The notes: generated by a model from the letters alone, not told the origin. A stretch of DNA of 64,000 nt from Minisyncoccota bacterium (GCA_905478465.1 CAJQIN010000009.1:2300-66299); one strand, 5' to 3'; counted from the stretch's first letter, positions 36,220 through 47,081 are shown. Numbers and translations: made by a program.

Positions 36220-38142
36220 ATGTTTGAAGATGAAAAAGATAATATAGAGAGGGTAAAAGAAAATCTGTACTCTAGAAACTATAAGAAGGTCGACTACCGT
36301 CGGCAGGGTATTACTCGTAAAAAAGTCTCAGAAGATATTAGTCGTGACTGGAAAGACGAAGATCTGTCTAGTACAAAACAAGGAAGACCTGAAGGATTTT
36401 GGATAAAATGGTTCCTTTTACTATCCATCTTATTCTTTGTCGTATCATTTATTATTGCTGCTTTTGTTTTCATGCGAGGTGATGCCAATATATCTTCTCG
36501 TAATGTTGATGTTCGAGTACTAGGTCCTGTGTCTATTGCAGGAGGAGATGAATTATCTTTTGATATTCTTATCGATAATAAAAACAATACAACTATTGAA
36601 GCAGCAACTGTCTTTGTCACATATCCAGAAGGAACACGGAGTGTAGAAAATATTGAAACAGAACTTATCCGTGACCAGCAAGAGTACGGAGAAATTTTAT
36701 CTGGAGGAACTGCACGAAAAACTTTTTCATCTATCTTTTTTGGAGAAAAAGATAGTGTTGAAAATATATACGTGACTGTTGAATATCGTGTAAAAGGTTC
36801 AAGTGCTACATTTAAAAAAGAAAAGACATATGAAATAAAAATAAGTTCTTCTCCGGTTATTATGAATATTTCATATCCGCAGGAGACAAGTTCAAATCAA
36901 GAGATTGAATTTTCTCTTGATGTCATTTCTAACTCAAGTACAGATCTTAACAATTTGCTATTAACCGCCGAATATCCTTTTGGTTTTTCTTTTGTATCTT
37001 CGAATATACAACCTTCATTTGATACAAATAAATGGGTATTAGGAAAACTTGAGCCAGAAAAAAAGGTAAGAATAACAATTCAGGGTGTTTTGCAAGGTCA
37101 AGATAATGAAGAAAGAACATTTAGATTTAATATAGGAACACAAAGTAGCGCTGACGAGAGAACTCTGGGAACTGTTTTTGTGGCAACAAATCGAACTATT
37201 GCTATCAAACAAACAGATTTAGGTTTGTTTGCACAAGTGAACGGAAATTCTGGTGATAATATTGTCATACATGCCGGAGACAGTGTTCAGACTAATATTT
37301 CCTGGTTGAATAATTTACCAACGCGTCTTGTCGATGCTCAAATTCTTGCACGTTTTTCAGGAGATTTATTTGATGAAAATGTTGTTTCAGCAAATTCTGG
37401 AGGTTTCTATCAATCTACATCAAAAGAAGTGCTGTGGACGTCTGCAACAAAAAATGATCTTTCAGAAATTATTCCTGGAAAAGGAAGTAGTGCCAGTTTT
37501 GAAATTGCTACCAAGCCTCTAACCTCTGCACTTGCTTCAAATTTGCGAAACCCTGCACTTTATCTACAAATGCAAATTGCTGGTAAGCAGTTTTCTGACG
37601 GAGGTTCATCAGAAGATGCGCAGACTATTATTAACAAAACTATAAAAATTGCTTCAGATCTAGATCTTTCTGCCAGAGTTTTGCATTCATCTGGTCCTAT
37701 TGAAAATAGCGGACCTATACCGCCCAAGGTCGGACAAGCTACGACATATACAGTAATTTGGTCTCTGACAAATTCATTTAATAATGTTTCAAATGTACAA
37801 GTGCAAGCAGAACTTCCTTCGTATGTTACCTGGAGTGGTATTACCACACCTTCAAGTGAATTAATTTCTTTTGATGAGGTAACACGACAAATTACATGGG
37901 ATGCTAAAGCTGTGAGCGCTGGTGCTGGGTACAATAATGTTATTCGGCAGGTGGCTTTTCGGGTAAGTATAATACCAAGTATCAGTCAGATTGGAGTATC
38001 TCCATCTCTGCTAGGGGAAAGTGCTGTAATAGGTTTGGATACTTTTACAAACACACGCTTGTCTGATTCTGAGCTTGGATTAACTACACGTACCTATACA
38101 GATCCTGAATATGTAAATGATTCTGACAAGGTTGTTCAGTAA
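36220..38142 (+). CDS. large single-pass membrane/surface protein, beta-rich extracellular region
   Basis: 640 aa with a charged cytoplasmic N-terminus, one TM helix and a long S/T/N-rich extracellular region. No enzymatic motif seen. Confidence 0.45.
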   Translation: MFEDEKDNIERVKENLYSRNYKKVDYRRQGITRKKVSEDISRDWKDEDLSSTKQGRPEGFWIKWFLLLSILFFVVSFIIAAFVFMRGDANISSRNVDVRVLGPVSIAGGDELSFDILIDNKNNTTIEAATVFVTYPEGTRSVENIETELIRDQQEYGEILSGGTARKTFSSIFFGEKDSVENIYVTVEYRVKGSSATFKKEKTYEIKISSSPVIMNISYPQETSSNQEIEFSLDVISNSSTDLNNLLLTAEYPFGFSFVSSNIQPSFDTNKWVLGKLEPEKKVRITIQGVLQGQDNEERTFRFNIGTQSSADERTLGTVFVATNRTIAIKQTDLGLFAQVNGNSGDNIVIHAGDSVQTNISWLNNLPTRLVDAQILARFSGDLFDENVVSANSGGFYQSTSKEVLWTSATKNDLSEIIPGKGSSASFEIATKPLTSALASNLRNPALYLQMQIAGKQFSDGGSSEDAQTIINKTIKIASDLDLSARVLHSSGPIENSGPIPPKVGQATTYTVIWSLTNSFNNVSNVQVQAELPSYVTWSGITTPSSELISFDEVTRQITWDAKAVSAGAGYNNVIRQVAFRVSIIPSISQIGVSPSLLGESAVIGLDTFTNTRLSDSELGLTTRTYTDPEYVNDSDKVVQ

Positions 38143-38218
38143 CTATTGACATAGGTATAGATATTGGTATAACTGAAGATAGTTCTTTTAAATTATACTT
38201 GAATAGTGATTAACCAAG

Positions 38219-38905
38219 GTGGTTGATCTAAGATATTCATTTTCTTGCTATAAAACAAGAGAAGGGTTCTTTGGCACATGTGCCAGAAAGGAAGATGACA
38301 TGTCGTCTTATAAAGAAGGACAAGTACATTTGTTGATGGAAGCTTTAGAAAGAAAAGGGTGGACAGGGGAAGACTTGACTCTTTTGGGTCAATTTGGAGA
38401 TAGGAATATATTACGGCCTATTCTTTATGGCGATGCTAGTGTTGCGTATCTTTTAGATCTATCCAAACCTCCAAAACTTCCATTTCTTGGTGCTAGTGTT
38501 CTAAAACATGAAGTTGGAGAGATCGGACCCATCGAGCTATGCTCAGACAATTTGTATATTGGCGGAAAAAAAGTTGAAATTTTTTTGTCTGAAGGGCAGA
38601 ATGAAGTTGGTGGAATTTATGGTCACAAATTACGTGAAGAACTCGAAGGTGGGAGTCGAGCACTTTTGAACTCTAATCTACTTGATTATCTCTACAAATA
38701 TCCAGAACTCTACCCAGAGCACTGGAAACAGAATGAACAGGGTGGGCAACTTGATATTACTTCTTGGGGTTCTTTGTTTCAAGGTGGAGAATCTCAAGTG
38801 TTTGTCCGTTTTATGTACTGGCGTAACGGTAAGCCATGTACAGGTCACCACTGTCTGAAGAGTAATTTTAATAGATTTAAGCGGTCGGCTTGCCTGGAAA
38901 CCTAA
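38219..38905 (+). CDS. hypothetical protein
   Basis: 228-aa ORF; the true start may be the internal ATG near 38297. No recognisable homology. Confidence 0.3.
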   Translation: MVDLRYSFSCYKTREGFFGTCARKEDDMSSYKEGQVHLLMEALERKGWTGEDLTLLGQFGDRNILRPILYGDASVAYLLDLSKPPKLPFLGASVLKHEVGEIGPIELCSDNLYIGGKKVEIFLSEGQNEVGGIYGHKLREELEGGSRALLNSNLLDYLYKYPELYPEHWKQNEQGGQLDITSWGSLFQGGESQVFVRFMYWRNGKPCTGHHCLKSNFNRFKRSACLET

Positions 38906-38918
38906 TCAAGTAGGAAAG

Positions 38919-38958
38919 TATCTTTTTAGCTCTGCATATCACAAATGCAGAGCTTTTT
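38919..38958 (+). terminator. rho-independent terminator
   Basis: 'tagctctgcatatcacaaatgcagagcttttta'. Confidence 0.6.
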
Positions 38959-38995
38959 ATTGAAACAATACGTAAAAAAGGTTAAAGTTAGTCGT

Positions 38996-40360
38996 ATGAA
39001 TACAAATGAAAATTCAATGGAAAAACTAATATCGCTAGCAAAACGTCGAGGATTTATTTTCCAAGGATCAGAAATATACGGAGGACTCACTGGTACATGG
39101 GATTACGGTCCTTTGGGTGTCGCTCTCAAGAATAATATCAAAGCTTCATGGTGGAATACCTTTGTTGATTCTCGTGAAGATGTGTACGGACTTGATGCTG
39201 CTATTTTGATGAATCATAAGGTGTGGGAAGCTAGTGGTCATGTTGGTGGATTTACCGATCCTCTTGTGGAAGATATAAAAACAGGAAAACGATATCGAGC
39301 AGATCATCTCTTGGAAGATGCTGGTATTGATGTGTCTGGAATGAGTATTGAACAACTCGGGGAGATGATAAAGGAAAAAGGAATTAAAAGCCCTGATGGA
39401 AATGAGCTTGGAGACACTAGAACATTTAACATGATGTTCAAAACAACCGTAGGACCTGTGGCAGATGATGATTCTGTTTCGTACCTTCGACCAGAAACAG
39501 CTCAGGGTATTTTTGTGAACTTCAAAAATGTTGTGGATACTATGCGACCACGACTTCCTTTTGGTATCGGACAAATTGGAAAGGCCTTTCGAAATGAGAT
39601 TGCGCCGCGTGATTTTGTTTTTCGTTCACGAGAATTTGAACAGATGGAAATTGAATACTTTGTTCGAAAAGAAAATTGGGAAGAGTCTTTCACTATGTGG
39701 AAAGAGACAATGATCGGATGGATGAAAAAAATTGGTCTTGATATGAACAAAGTACATGAGCTAGATGTGCCAGAAGCTGACCGAGCACACTACTCAAAGA
39801 AAACTATTGATTTTGAATTTGATTTTTCTTTTGGAAAAAAAGAGCTATATGGTCTTGCATATAGAACAGATTACGACCTTTCAAAACACATGGAACATTC
39901 AGGACAAAGTATGGAATATATTAATCCAGAGGATAATAAAGAAAAATTTATTCCACATGTTATTGAACCATCTCTTGGTGTAGACCGAACCGTTCTTGCC
40001 GTTCTTTCATCTGCATATGCAGAAGAGGGAGAAGGGGATGACACCCGCGTCTTTTTGAAACTTGCACCAGAGATTGCTCCAATAAAAGTAGCCGTATTTC
40101 CTTTGATGAAGAATAAACCAGAACTTGTAGCAAAGGCACGAGAGGTATATGAAATGATTAGAAAAGAAATTCCCCAGGTAATGTTTGATGATAATGGAAA
40201 TGTAGGGAAGCGATATCGAAGACAGGATGAAATTGGAACACCTAAATGTATTACTATTGATTTTGACACTCTTGAAGATGCTACTGTAACAGTACGTGAC
40301 CGAGATACTGGGGAACAGGAAAGAGTTGCTACTTCTGATATTTTGGAAAAATTGAAATAA
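38996..40360 (+). CDS. glyQS: glycyl-tRNA synthetase (alpha2, GlyQS type)
   Basis: 'MEKLISLAKRRGFIFQGSEIYGGLTGTWDYGPLG' is the classic GlyRS N-terminus, with class II motifs further on. Confidence 0.9.
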   Translation: MNTNENSMEKLISLAKRRGFIFQGSEIYGGLTGTWDYGPLGVALKNNIKASWWNTFVDSREDVYGLDAAILMNHKVWEASGHVGGFTDPLVEDIKTGKRYRADHLLEDAGIDVSGMSIEQLGEMIKEKGIKSPDGNELGDTRTFNMMFKTTVGPVADDDSVSYLRPETAQGIFVNFKNVVDTMRPRLPFGIGQIGKAFRNEIAPRDFVFRSREFEQMEIEYFVRKENWEESFTMWKETMIGWMKKIGLDMNKVHELDVPEADRAHYSKKTIDFEFDFSFGKKELYGLAYRTDYDLSKHMEHSGQSMEYINPEDNKEKFIPHVIEPSLGVDRTVLAVLSSAYAEEGEGDDTRVFLKLAPEIAPIKVAVFPLMKNKPELVAKAREVYEMIRKEIPQVMFDDNGNVGKRYRRQDEIGTPKCITIDFDTLEDATVTVRDRDTGEQERVATSDILEKLK

Positions 40361-40467
40361 AAAACATTGTCACATTTTAGTGTGCTGGGGGTGAGTTGAC
40401 TTTTTTATAAAAATCAGTATTCTAAATTCTAGATTCCCAGAACTATAAAAAGAAAGGTTGGTGTATT

Positions 40468-40851
40468 TTGAATATCCAAAGAATTATCTGTGTTGAGAGT
40501 GTGGGCAGACTTCCCGAGCTGGAGATTAATAACAGGTTGCACAGATGTCAGGGAAATGTTATTTCTACGGAAACAAATGTGTGCACCCTCGCTGACGGTA
40601 GTTTGTTGTATATAATTACAGCCATTATTGAATGTCATATACAACATCACCTTTTGTTTAAGGCTGTTGATGAATTGAATTTATCTATTCAGATTTTGAA
40701 TATTCTGAAAGAAAATGGGGTCACAAACATTGGGCAATTGATAGAAATTGAACCTTCAGCCCTTAGATCATTTCCTGGTATGGGGAAGAGGTCTATTGAT
40801 CGTGTTAAGGACGTTCTTAAAAAACGTGATTTGTGTTTCAGGTATGAATAA
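40468..40851 (+). CDS. small helix-hairpin-helix protein resembling RNA polymerase alpha-subunit C-terminal domain
   Basis: C-terminal 'IQILNILKENGVTNIGQLIEIEPSALRSFPGMGKRSIDRVKDVL' is alpha-CTD/HhH-like. The N-terminal half of the ORF may not be coding; TTG ~40648 is a possible real start. Confidence 0.35.
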   Translation: MNIQRIICVESVGRLPELEINNRLHRCQGNVISTETNVCTLADGSLLYIITAIIECHIQHHLLFKAVDELNLSIQILNILKENGVTNIGQLIEIEPSALRSFPGMGKRSIDRVKDVLKKRDLCFRYE

Positions 40852-40962
40852 ATACCAGATTAAAAAACTATAATATAAATAACCTCTACCACCATACTAA
40901 CGTATGGTGGTTTTTTATATTTATTCACGGTAGGATACGTGCATTGATATAATATTTTTATA

Positions 40963-42231
40963 ATGAATTACACCAAAAAAACACTCAAAAATGGACTCCG
41001 AATCATTACTGTTCCGGTAAAAGGAAATCCAACAGTTTCTGTCATGGCTTTTGTTGAAACTGGCTCAAACTACGAAACAGAAAAACAAAACGGCCTCTCT
41101 CATTTCTTGGAGCATATGTTTTTCAAAGGAACTGAGAATAGAACTTTACATGATATTACCGAAGAATTAGACGGAGTTGGTGCAGTGAGTAATGCTTTCA
41201 CTGGAGATGAATACACTGCATATTGGGCAAAGGCACATTATAAGCATCGAACAAAATTGATTGATGTTATTTCTGACATGTATCTAAACTCCACTTTTCC
41301 AAAAGAAGAGATTGAAAAAGAAAGAGGAGTTATTATCGAAGAAATTAATATGTATGAAGATCTTCCTCAAAGAAAGGTCTGGGAAGTTCTTGAAGAGGTG
41401 ATGTATGAAGGCCAACCTGCAAGTCGTCCGATCATCGGACCAAAAGAAAATATAAAATCTTTTCTACGAAAAGATTTTGTGAACTATCGAAAGAAACACT
41501 ATGTGGCTGAAAAAACTTTGATCGTCGTGGCAGGGAAGATAGATGAAAAAGAGGTGCAAAAAGAAATAGAAAAAGCTTTTAAAGATATTGCTAATACGAA
41601 AGGTGGCACAAAACAAAAAACAAAAGATATTCAATCTGCACCTTGCATGAAGATTGTCCCAAAGAAAACAGATCAGACGCACTTCGTTCTTGGTTTTCGT
41701 GGATTTGATGCAAAAAGCAAGAAGTCTGCCGCATTAGAAGTCCTTTCAGCTATCTTAGGAAAGGGTATGAGTTCTCGACTCTTCAAAAAAATGCGAGACG
41801 AACTTGGTATATGCTATTACGTGAAAGCAGGACATGGAGCAAGTACAGACCACGGAGCTTTTACTGTCAGTGCGGGCGTTGCTAACAACCGTTTCGAAGA
41901 AGCTTTGGAGACAATTATTGGTTTATTGCGTGATATAAAGAATGAAAAGGTTTCGATTAAGGAGCTTAATAAAGCAAAAGAATATCTACTCGGTTCAACG
42001 GCATTGTCTTTGGAGTCTTCTGATGCTTGGGCACAGTTCTATGTATTTCAGGAAGTCTTGGAAGGAAAAATTCAGACATTGCCAGACATTTCAAAAGAAA
42101 TACGTAAGGTCACTGCTGATGAAGTTATGGCTGTAGCACAAGAGCTCTTTGTGTCTAAAGGTATTAATCTTGCGGTAGTGGGAAATATAAAGAAAAACAA
42201 GAAAATAGAAACACTTCTCGCTAGCGTATAG
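40963..42231 (+). CDS. M16-family zinc metallopeptidase (insulinase/pitrilysin-like)
   Basis: Inverted zinc motif 'HFLEHMFFKGT' (H..EH). Confidence 0.85.
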   Translation: MNYTKKTLKNGLRIITVPVKGNPTVSVMAFVETGSNYETEKQNGLSHFLEHMFFKGTENRTLHDITEELDGVGAVSNAFTGDEYTAYWAKAHYKHRTKLIDVISDMYLNSTFPKEEIEKERGVIIEEINMYEDLPQRKVWEVLEEVMYEGQPASRPIIGPKENIKSFLRKDFVNYRKKHYVAEKTLIVVAGKIDEKEVQKEIEKAFKDIANTKGGTKQKTKDIQSAPCMKIVPKKTDQTHFVLGFRGFDAKSKKSAALEVLSAILGKGMSSRLFKKMRDELGICYYVKAGHGASTDHGAFTVSAGVANNRFEEALETIIGLLRDIKNEKVSIKELNKAKEYLLGSTALSLESSDAWAQFYVFQEVLEGKIQTLPDISKEIRKVTADEVMAVAQELFVSKGINLAVVGNIKKNKKIETLLASV

Positions 42232-42244
42232 AGGTGGTAGTATT

Positions 42245-43318
42245 ATGTATATGAATACATCCAAAAAAGACCACGTTGTGTTTCAAATAGACACAATGAG
42301 TGTTGTTAGAGTCATCCTTGTTATTTTTCTTTTCGCTGCTGCTTATGTATTACGAGATTTACTCCTGATACTACTTGCAGCTGTAGTTATTGCTTCAGCT
42401 ATTGAACCTATGGTGAAGTGGTTTCGACAATATCGAGTTGCACGTTTACCTGCAGTAATGGCTATTTATCTATCTCTGGCGGTGCTCATTGTGGCAGCGA
42501 CATCATTTCTACTTATTCCATTACTTAACGAAACATCGTCCCTTCTTAACCGTTTGCCAGAATATGTAAGTTCAGTAAATCTATGGGAGCCATTAGGGAA
42601 TGATTCTATTATCGGATCACAACAATTCATACAAAACCTTTCTGCCAATTTCTCAGTACAAGATATTGTCACACAGGTGCAGTCTTTCACAAATAATATT
42701 TCTGCCGGTATCTTTTCTACAATAAGTCTTTTGTTTGGAAGTTTGATAAGTTTCTTGCTTATTGCTGTTATTTCTTTCTACTTAGCTGTACAAGAAGATG
42801 GTATTCATAATTTTCTCAAAACAATTACCCCAAATGACCACCGAGAATATGTTCTTGATTTGTGGAAGCGATCACAGAAAAAAATTGGACTCTGGTTTCA
42901 AGGACAATTACTTCTGGTGGTCATTATTGCTGTATTAACATATCTAGGACTTGCTTTGATTGGCGTTGAGTATGCTTTAGCACTAGCTGTTCTTGCGGGG
43001 CTCTTTGAACTCATTCCACTCTTCGGACCTATTCTTGCTGCTATTCCTGCTATTGCTTTGGCATTTCTTGCTGACGGTCCCACTACAGCTCTTATCGTTC
43101 TTGCTTTCTATATTGTTATTCAACAATTTGAAAATCAACTAATTTATCCGCTGGTGGTGAAGAAGGTGGTAGGGGTACCTGCTATTATTGTTATCGTAGC
43201 CCTTATTGCTGGAGGAACACTGGCTGGATTTTTTGGAATGTTGCTCTCAGTCCCTATTGCTGCTATTTTGATGGAGCTCTTTACTGATATGCAGAAGGGG
43301 GTTTTTGCTCGAAAATAA
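42245..43318 (+). CDS. AI-2E family transporter (PerM/UPF0118)
   Basis: Eight or so TM helices. C-terminal 'IPLFGPILAAIPAIALAF...YPLVVKKVVGVPA' is typical of AI-2E. Confidence 0.7.
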   Translation: MYMNTSKKDHVVFQIDTMSVVRVILVIFLFAAAYVLRDLLLILLAAVVIASAIEPMVKWFRQYRVARLPAVMAIYLSLAVLIVAATSFLLIPLLNETSSLLNRLPEYVSSVNLWEPLGNDSIIGSQQFIQNLSANFSVQDIVTQVQSFTNNISAGIFSTISLLFGSLISFLLIAVISFYLAVQEDGIHNFLKTITPNDHREYVLDLWKRSQKKIGLWFQGQLLLVVIIAVLTYLGLALIGVEYALALAVLAGLFELIPLFGPILAAIPAIALAFLADGPTTALIVLAFYIVIQQFENQLIYPLVVKKVVGVPAIIVIVALIAGGTLAGFFGMLLSVPIAAILMELFTDMQKGVFARK

Positions 43319-43331
43319 TACTATTAAACAC

Positions 43332-44810
43332 ATGAAAGAATCTTTTTACATAACAACCACATTACCGTATGTGAATGCTAAGCCTCATATAGGGCACGCA
43401 CTTGAATTTATTCGTGCTGATGCTATTGCTCGCTACAAAGCACTTCAAGGACATCCTGTATTTTTCAACACTGGAGCAGATGAACATGGATTAAAAATAT
43501 ACCAAAAAGCCCAAGCTGAAGGGAAAGAAATACAAACATATGTTGACGAAAATGCTGAACACATAAAGACCATGATTGAAATGTTGGGTATGGCAACTGA
43601 TGTACCTAATATAACTTTCAATTTTAGTCGCACAACTGATGAAAAGCATATTAAAGCAGCACAAAAATTCTGGAAGTTGTGTGATGAAAAAGGATTTATT
43701 GAAAAACGAACATATAAAGGTTTGTATTGTGTTGGTGATGAACTTTTCATGACAGAAAAAGAGTTAGTGAATGGTCGTTGTCCTAATCATCCCGATCAAG
43801 AACTCGAAGAAATTGAAGAAGAGAATTACTTTTTCAAAGCAAGTAGTTTTACCGAAAGACTTCTTGAAGAATATGAAAAGAACCCACAATTCATTTTGCC
43901 AGAGGCTCGCCTGAATGAGATGAAATCTCTTTTGAAACAACATGGACTGGAAGATTTCAGTATCTCTCGGGTGAAAGAAAAAATGCCTTGGGGAGTACCG
44001 GTACCAGGAGATGAAGACCAGGTGATGTATGTATGGTTTGACGCTCTGATCAACTATATTGTAGCTATTGGATGGCCTGATGATATGGAGAGTTTTGAGA
44101 AGTGGGGAAGAATGACTCAGTATTGCGGAAAGGATAACACTCGACAACAAAGTGCTATGTGGCAAGCGATGTTGTTATCTGTCGGATTGCCTCTATCAAA
44201 GCAAATTATTGTGAATGGTTTTGTAACGGCCGAGGGTGGGATAAAAATGTCGAAGTCTCTTGGAAATGTTGTTGATCCTGTGGAACTCATTAATGAATAT
44301 GGAACTGATGCTCTTCGATACTATGTTCTTCGTGAAGTGCATCCATTTGAGGATTCTGCTTTTACTCTAGAGCGTTTCAAAGAAACCTATAATGCAAACT
44401 TGGTTAACGGACTTGGAAATCTTCTTTCCCGAGTTTTGAAAATGTCAGAAGATTTTGGTGTTCAATATACTGAAGAACAGATAGGGGAGATTATTGAGCG
44501 TATTGAAGAAGATGTATTTGAACTAAACCGAGAATATCGAACAAGTATAGAAAGCTTTAACCTTATGTCCGCTATGGATGAAATTTGGAAAGAGGTAAAG
44601 TCAGCAGATACCTTTATTCAAGAAACAGCTCCTTTCAAGATGGTAAAAGAAAACAAAACAAAAGCACAAGAGGATGTCTATACATGTATACTCTCTCTGA
44701 TTAAAATAGCCCACATGCTTAGGCCAATGATGCCTGATACTGCGGAGAAGATGTTTAAGTCTATTCGTGTCAATAAAAAACCAGAAGAATCTTTGTTTCC
44801 GAGGAAATAA
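43332..44810 (+). CDS. metG: methionyl-tRNA synthetase
   Basis: 'TTTLPYVNAKPHIGHALEFI' HIGH region and 'KMSKSLGNVVDP'. Confidence 0.92.
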   Translation: MKESFYITTTLPYVNAKPHIGHALEFIRADAIARYKALQGHPVFFNTGADEHGLKIYQKAQAEGKEIQTYVDENAEHIKTMIEMLGMATDVPNITFNFSRTTDEKHIKAAQKFWKLCDEKGFIEKRTYKGLYCVGDELFMTEKELVNGRCPNHPDQELEEIEEENYFFKASSFTERLLEEYEKNPQFILPEARLNEMKSLLKQHGLEDFSISRVKEKMPWGVPVPGDEDQVMYVWFDALINYIVAIGWPDDMESFEKWGRMTQYCGKDNTRQQSAMWQAMLLSVGLPLSKQIIVNGFVTAEGGIKMSKSLGNVVDPVELINEYGTDALRYYVLREVHPFEDSAFTLERFKETYNANLVNGLGNLLSRVLKMSEDFGVQYTEEQIGEIIERIEEDVFELNREYRTSIESFNLMSAMDEIWKEVKSADTFIQETAPFKMVKENKTKAQEDVYTCILSLIKIAHMLRPMMPDTAEKMFKSIRVNKKPEESLFPRK

Positions 44811-44984
44811 TAGCATTGTAATTTCTTCTGTAAAATCTGTCACCTACGAAGAGGTACTTAAGGTATTTTGTGAATAAGTAGTTTTGATTCTGTTTACATT
44901 TGTTATTCAGTACAAGTTTTATTGGTATTTTTTAGATAGAAAGACGCTTGCGAAGTTCTCGTATTTCTCTACTATAAACCACAC

Positions 44985-45803
44985 ATGACACAAATTACCC
45001 AACTATCCTGCCTAGAAGAAGCTTGTAAGCGTTTAAACCTGCCTTCGCGAGCATATGACACACATCACAACGTACTCGGCATCATGGTGTCTGGTAGAGA
45101 ACAAATGTTTGTAAAAGGAGCTGTACCGCTTGGAAGTGTCTCTGACAGAATGCTTTTTAATGACAAGGAATTCACATATGATACCTGTCAGGAAATACTC
45201 CCTATGCCAAAAACAAAAGGGTATTTTAACCCAGAACCAAAGAAAACTTCTCAAAAGAAATATGCTGGAAATTTAGATATCAATGAAATTGTCTCGGATA
45301 TTGAAAAAGAATTTTCATACCCCGTGGTAGTCAAAATGAATTCCGGTACCAAGAGTCGGTTTGTATTTTTGTGTCACAATCATGACGAAATAAAAGATGC
45401 AGTGCAGAGTATTTTTGAAAAGGCAGATAACATTGTTCTTGCAGAAACATGTATTAGTATAAAAAAAGAATATAGAGCTATTATTTTAAATGGAAATTTG
45501 GAATTATTATACGAAAAGACGCCAAAGTTTTTCTCTAAAGAAGATAGGAAAAAAGTACAAAACAGATTAAAAGAATCTGAATATGGATTAGACCAGGAAC
45601 TTCAAAAAAAATGCATGGAGTTGCTCGATCCTTTATGCTCTGTTCGAAATATCTCATATGCTGGTATTGATATTGTGGAAGATCAGGGTGGAAAACTATG
45701 GGTTTTGGAAGTAAATACGACACCTCTTTTCGATGCTTTCATAACTCGTTATGGACGAGAATTACTTATACAAATGTACATGAAGATGCTACGATCATTA
45801 TAA
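44985..45803 (+). CDS. ATP-grasp domain protein
   Basis: 'YPVVVKMNSGTKSRFVFLCHNHDE' and 'GIDIVEDQGGKLWVLEVNTTP' match ATP-grasp B and C motifs. Confidence 0.6.
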   Translation: MTQITQLSCLEEACKRLNLPSRAYDTHHNVLGIMVSGREQMFVKGAVPLGSVSDRMLFNDKEFTYDTCQEILPMPKTKGYFNPEPKKTSQKKYAGNLDINEIVSDIEKEFSYPVVVKMNSGTKSRFVFLCHNHDEIKDAVQSIFEKADNIVLAETCISIKKEYRAIILNGNLELLYEKTPKFFSKEDRKKVQNRLKESEYGLDQELQKKCMELLDPLCSVRNISYAGIDIVEDQGGKLWVLEVNTTPLFDAFITRYGRELLIQMYMKMLRSL

Positions 45804-45812
45804 TGAAACCAG

Positions 45813-46645
45813 AATACATAGATACTCATACACATACAAACTTCGCTCTTTTTGACGAGGACAGGGAAGAAGTTATTGACCGAGCTCTCGCACAAAAGAC
45901 TTGGATTATTAATGTAGGTACGCAAAAAGATACTTCAAAGAGTGCTGTAACACTTGCAGAGAAATATGATGAAGGGGTATATGCCATAGTTGGTGTGCAT
46001 CCTATACATACAACAGAAAGTTTTCATGATGAGGATGAGCTTGGAGAGGGGAATAAGAATTTTGTTTCTAGAGGGGAAGTTTTTGATTCAAAATACTATG
46101 AAGAACTAGCGCAGCATTCGAAGGTTGTGGCAATAGGGGAAACTGGTTTAGATTATTTTCATCTCAATTCGGATACTATCGAAAAACAACGAGAGAGTTT
46201 TATTGTACAAATACAACTTGCAAACAAGGTGGGGAAGCCTCTAATGCTACATATCCGTCCATCAAAAGAAAATTTAAACGTATATAGAGATGCCCTTGAT
46301 ATCTTGAAGCGGTATGCAAAAGTTCGAGGAAATGCGCACTTCTTTGCTGGATCTCTAGAGGATGCTAAGGGATTCTTAGATATTGGATATACTATTTCTT
46401 TTACTGGCGTGATTACATTTACACATGATTACGATGAGATTATAAAATATACTCCACTCACATCTCTTTTATCAGAAACTGACGCACCGTATGTGGCACC
46501 AACACCACACAGGGGGAGGCGAAATGAACCTGTCTATGTACAAGAAACAGTAAAACGTATGGCGGAGATAAAAGGGATTGAATTAGGGGATATAAAGAAG
46601 CAGTTGGTAGAAAATGCTTTTGATCTGTTTAAATTAACCTCTTGA
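45813..46645 (+). CDS. tatD: TatD-family metal-dependent DNase/hydrolase
   Basis: 'IDTHTHTNF', 'GETGLDYF' and 'MLHIR' TatD motifs. Conserved metG-tatD adjacency. Confidence 0.85.
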
Positions 46646-46654
46646 TAAGATGTG

Positions 46655-46683
46655 TTGACAACATTTCTTAGTATGCTATATTA
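46655..46683 (+). promoter_or_regulatory. sigma70-like promoter (TTGACA-16/17-TATATT)
   Basis: 'ttgacaacatttcttagtatgctatatt' directly upstream of the structured GC-rich segment. Confidence 0.5.
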
Positions 46684-46689
46684 TTTTTT

Positions 46690-46972
46690 GTTATAGGAAG
46701 TTTACACAAGAGGTATTACCACTTGGCTTTCTGTACATTGTTCTTTAATAGAGGATTCTCAAAGGGATCATCCTGGCGGCGGTTGCTGCTAACAGTTCTA
46801 TCTGCTCACACCACCCGGTAAAACAGGGAAAGGAGGGGTCCATGATCTCATGGAGTCGATGGTCTTTCGGATATTTCTAATGTTCTCGAATATGCGCCTT
46901 AAAATTCCAGGCAAGAGTCCATCCGCCCAGTTTACAAATTCTCTTCGGAGAGGCTGTAAACTGGGTTTTTTT
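46690..46972 (+). ncRNA. candidate structured non-coding RNA of unknown class
   Basis: A ~280-nt GC-elevated segment between a consensus promoter and a strong terminator ('cccagtttacaa...ttgtaaactggg' followed by T7). No credible ORF; several internal inverted repeats. Confidence 0.4.
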
Positions 46973-47081
46973 ATTTTTTATATTATGTTATTCTAAAAAA
47001 TGAATTTGTTCTTCGCTTGCATCTTGCAGACGTGTTGTTTGTAAAGAAATGTAAGCTTGGCTACGTCTTGAAAAGGAGGCC

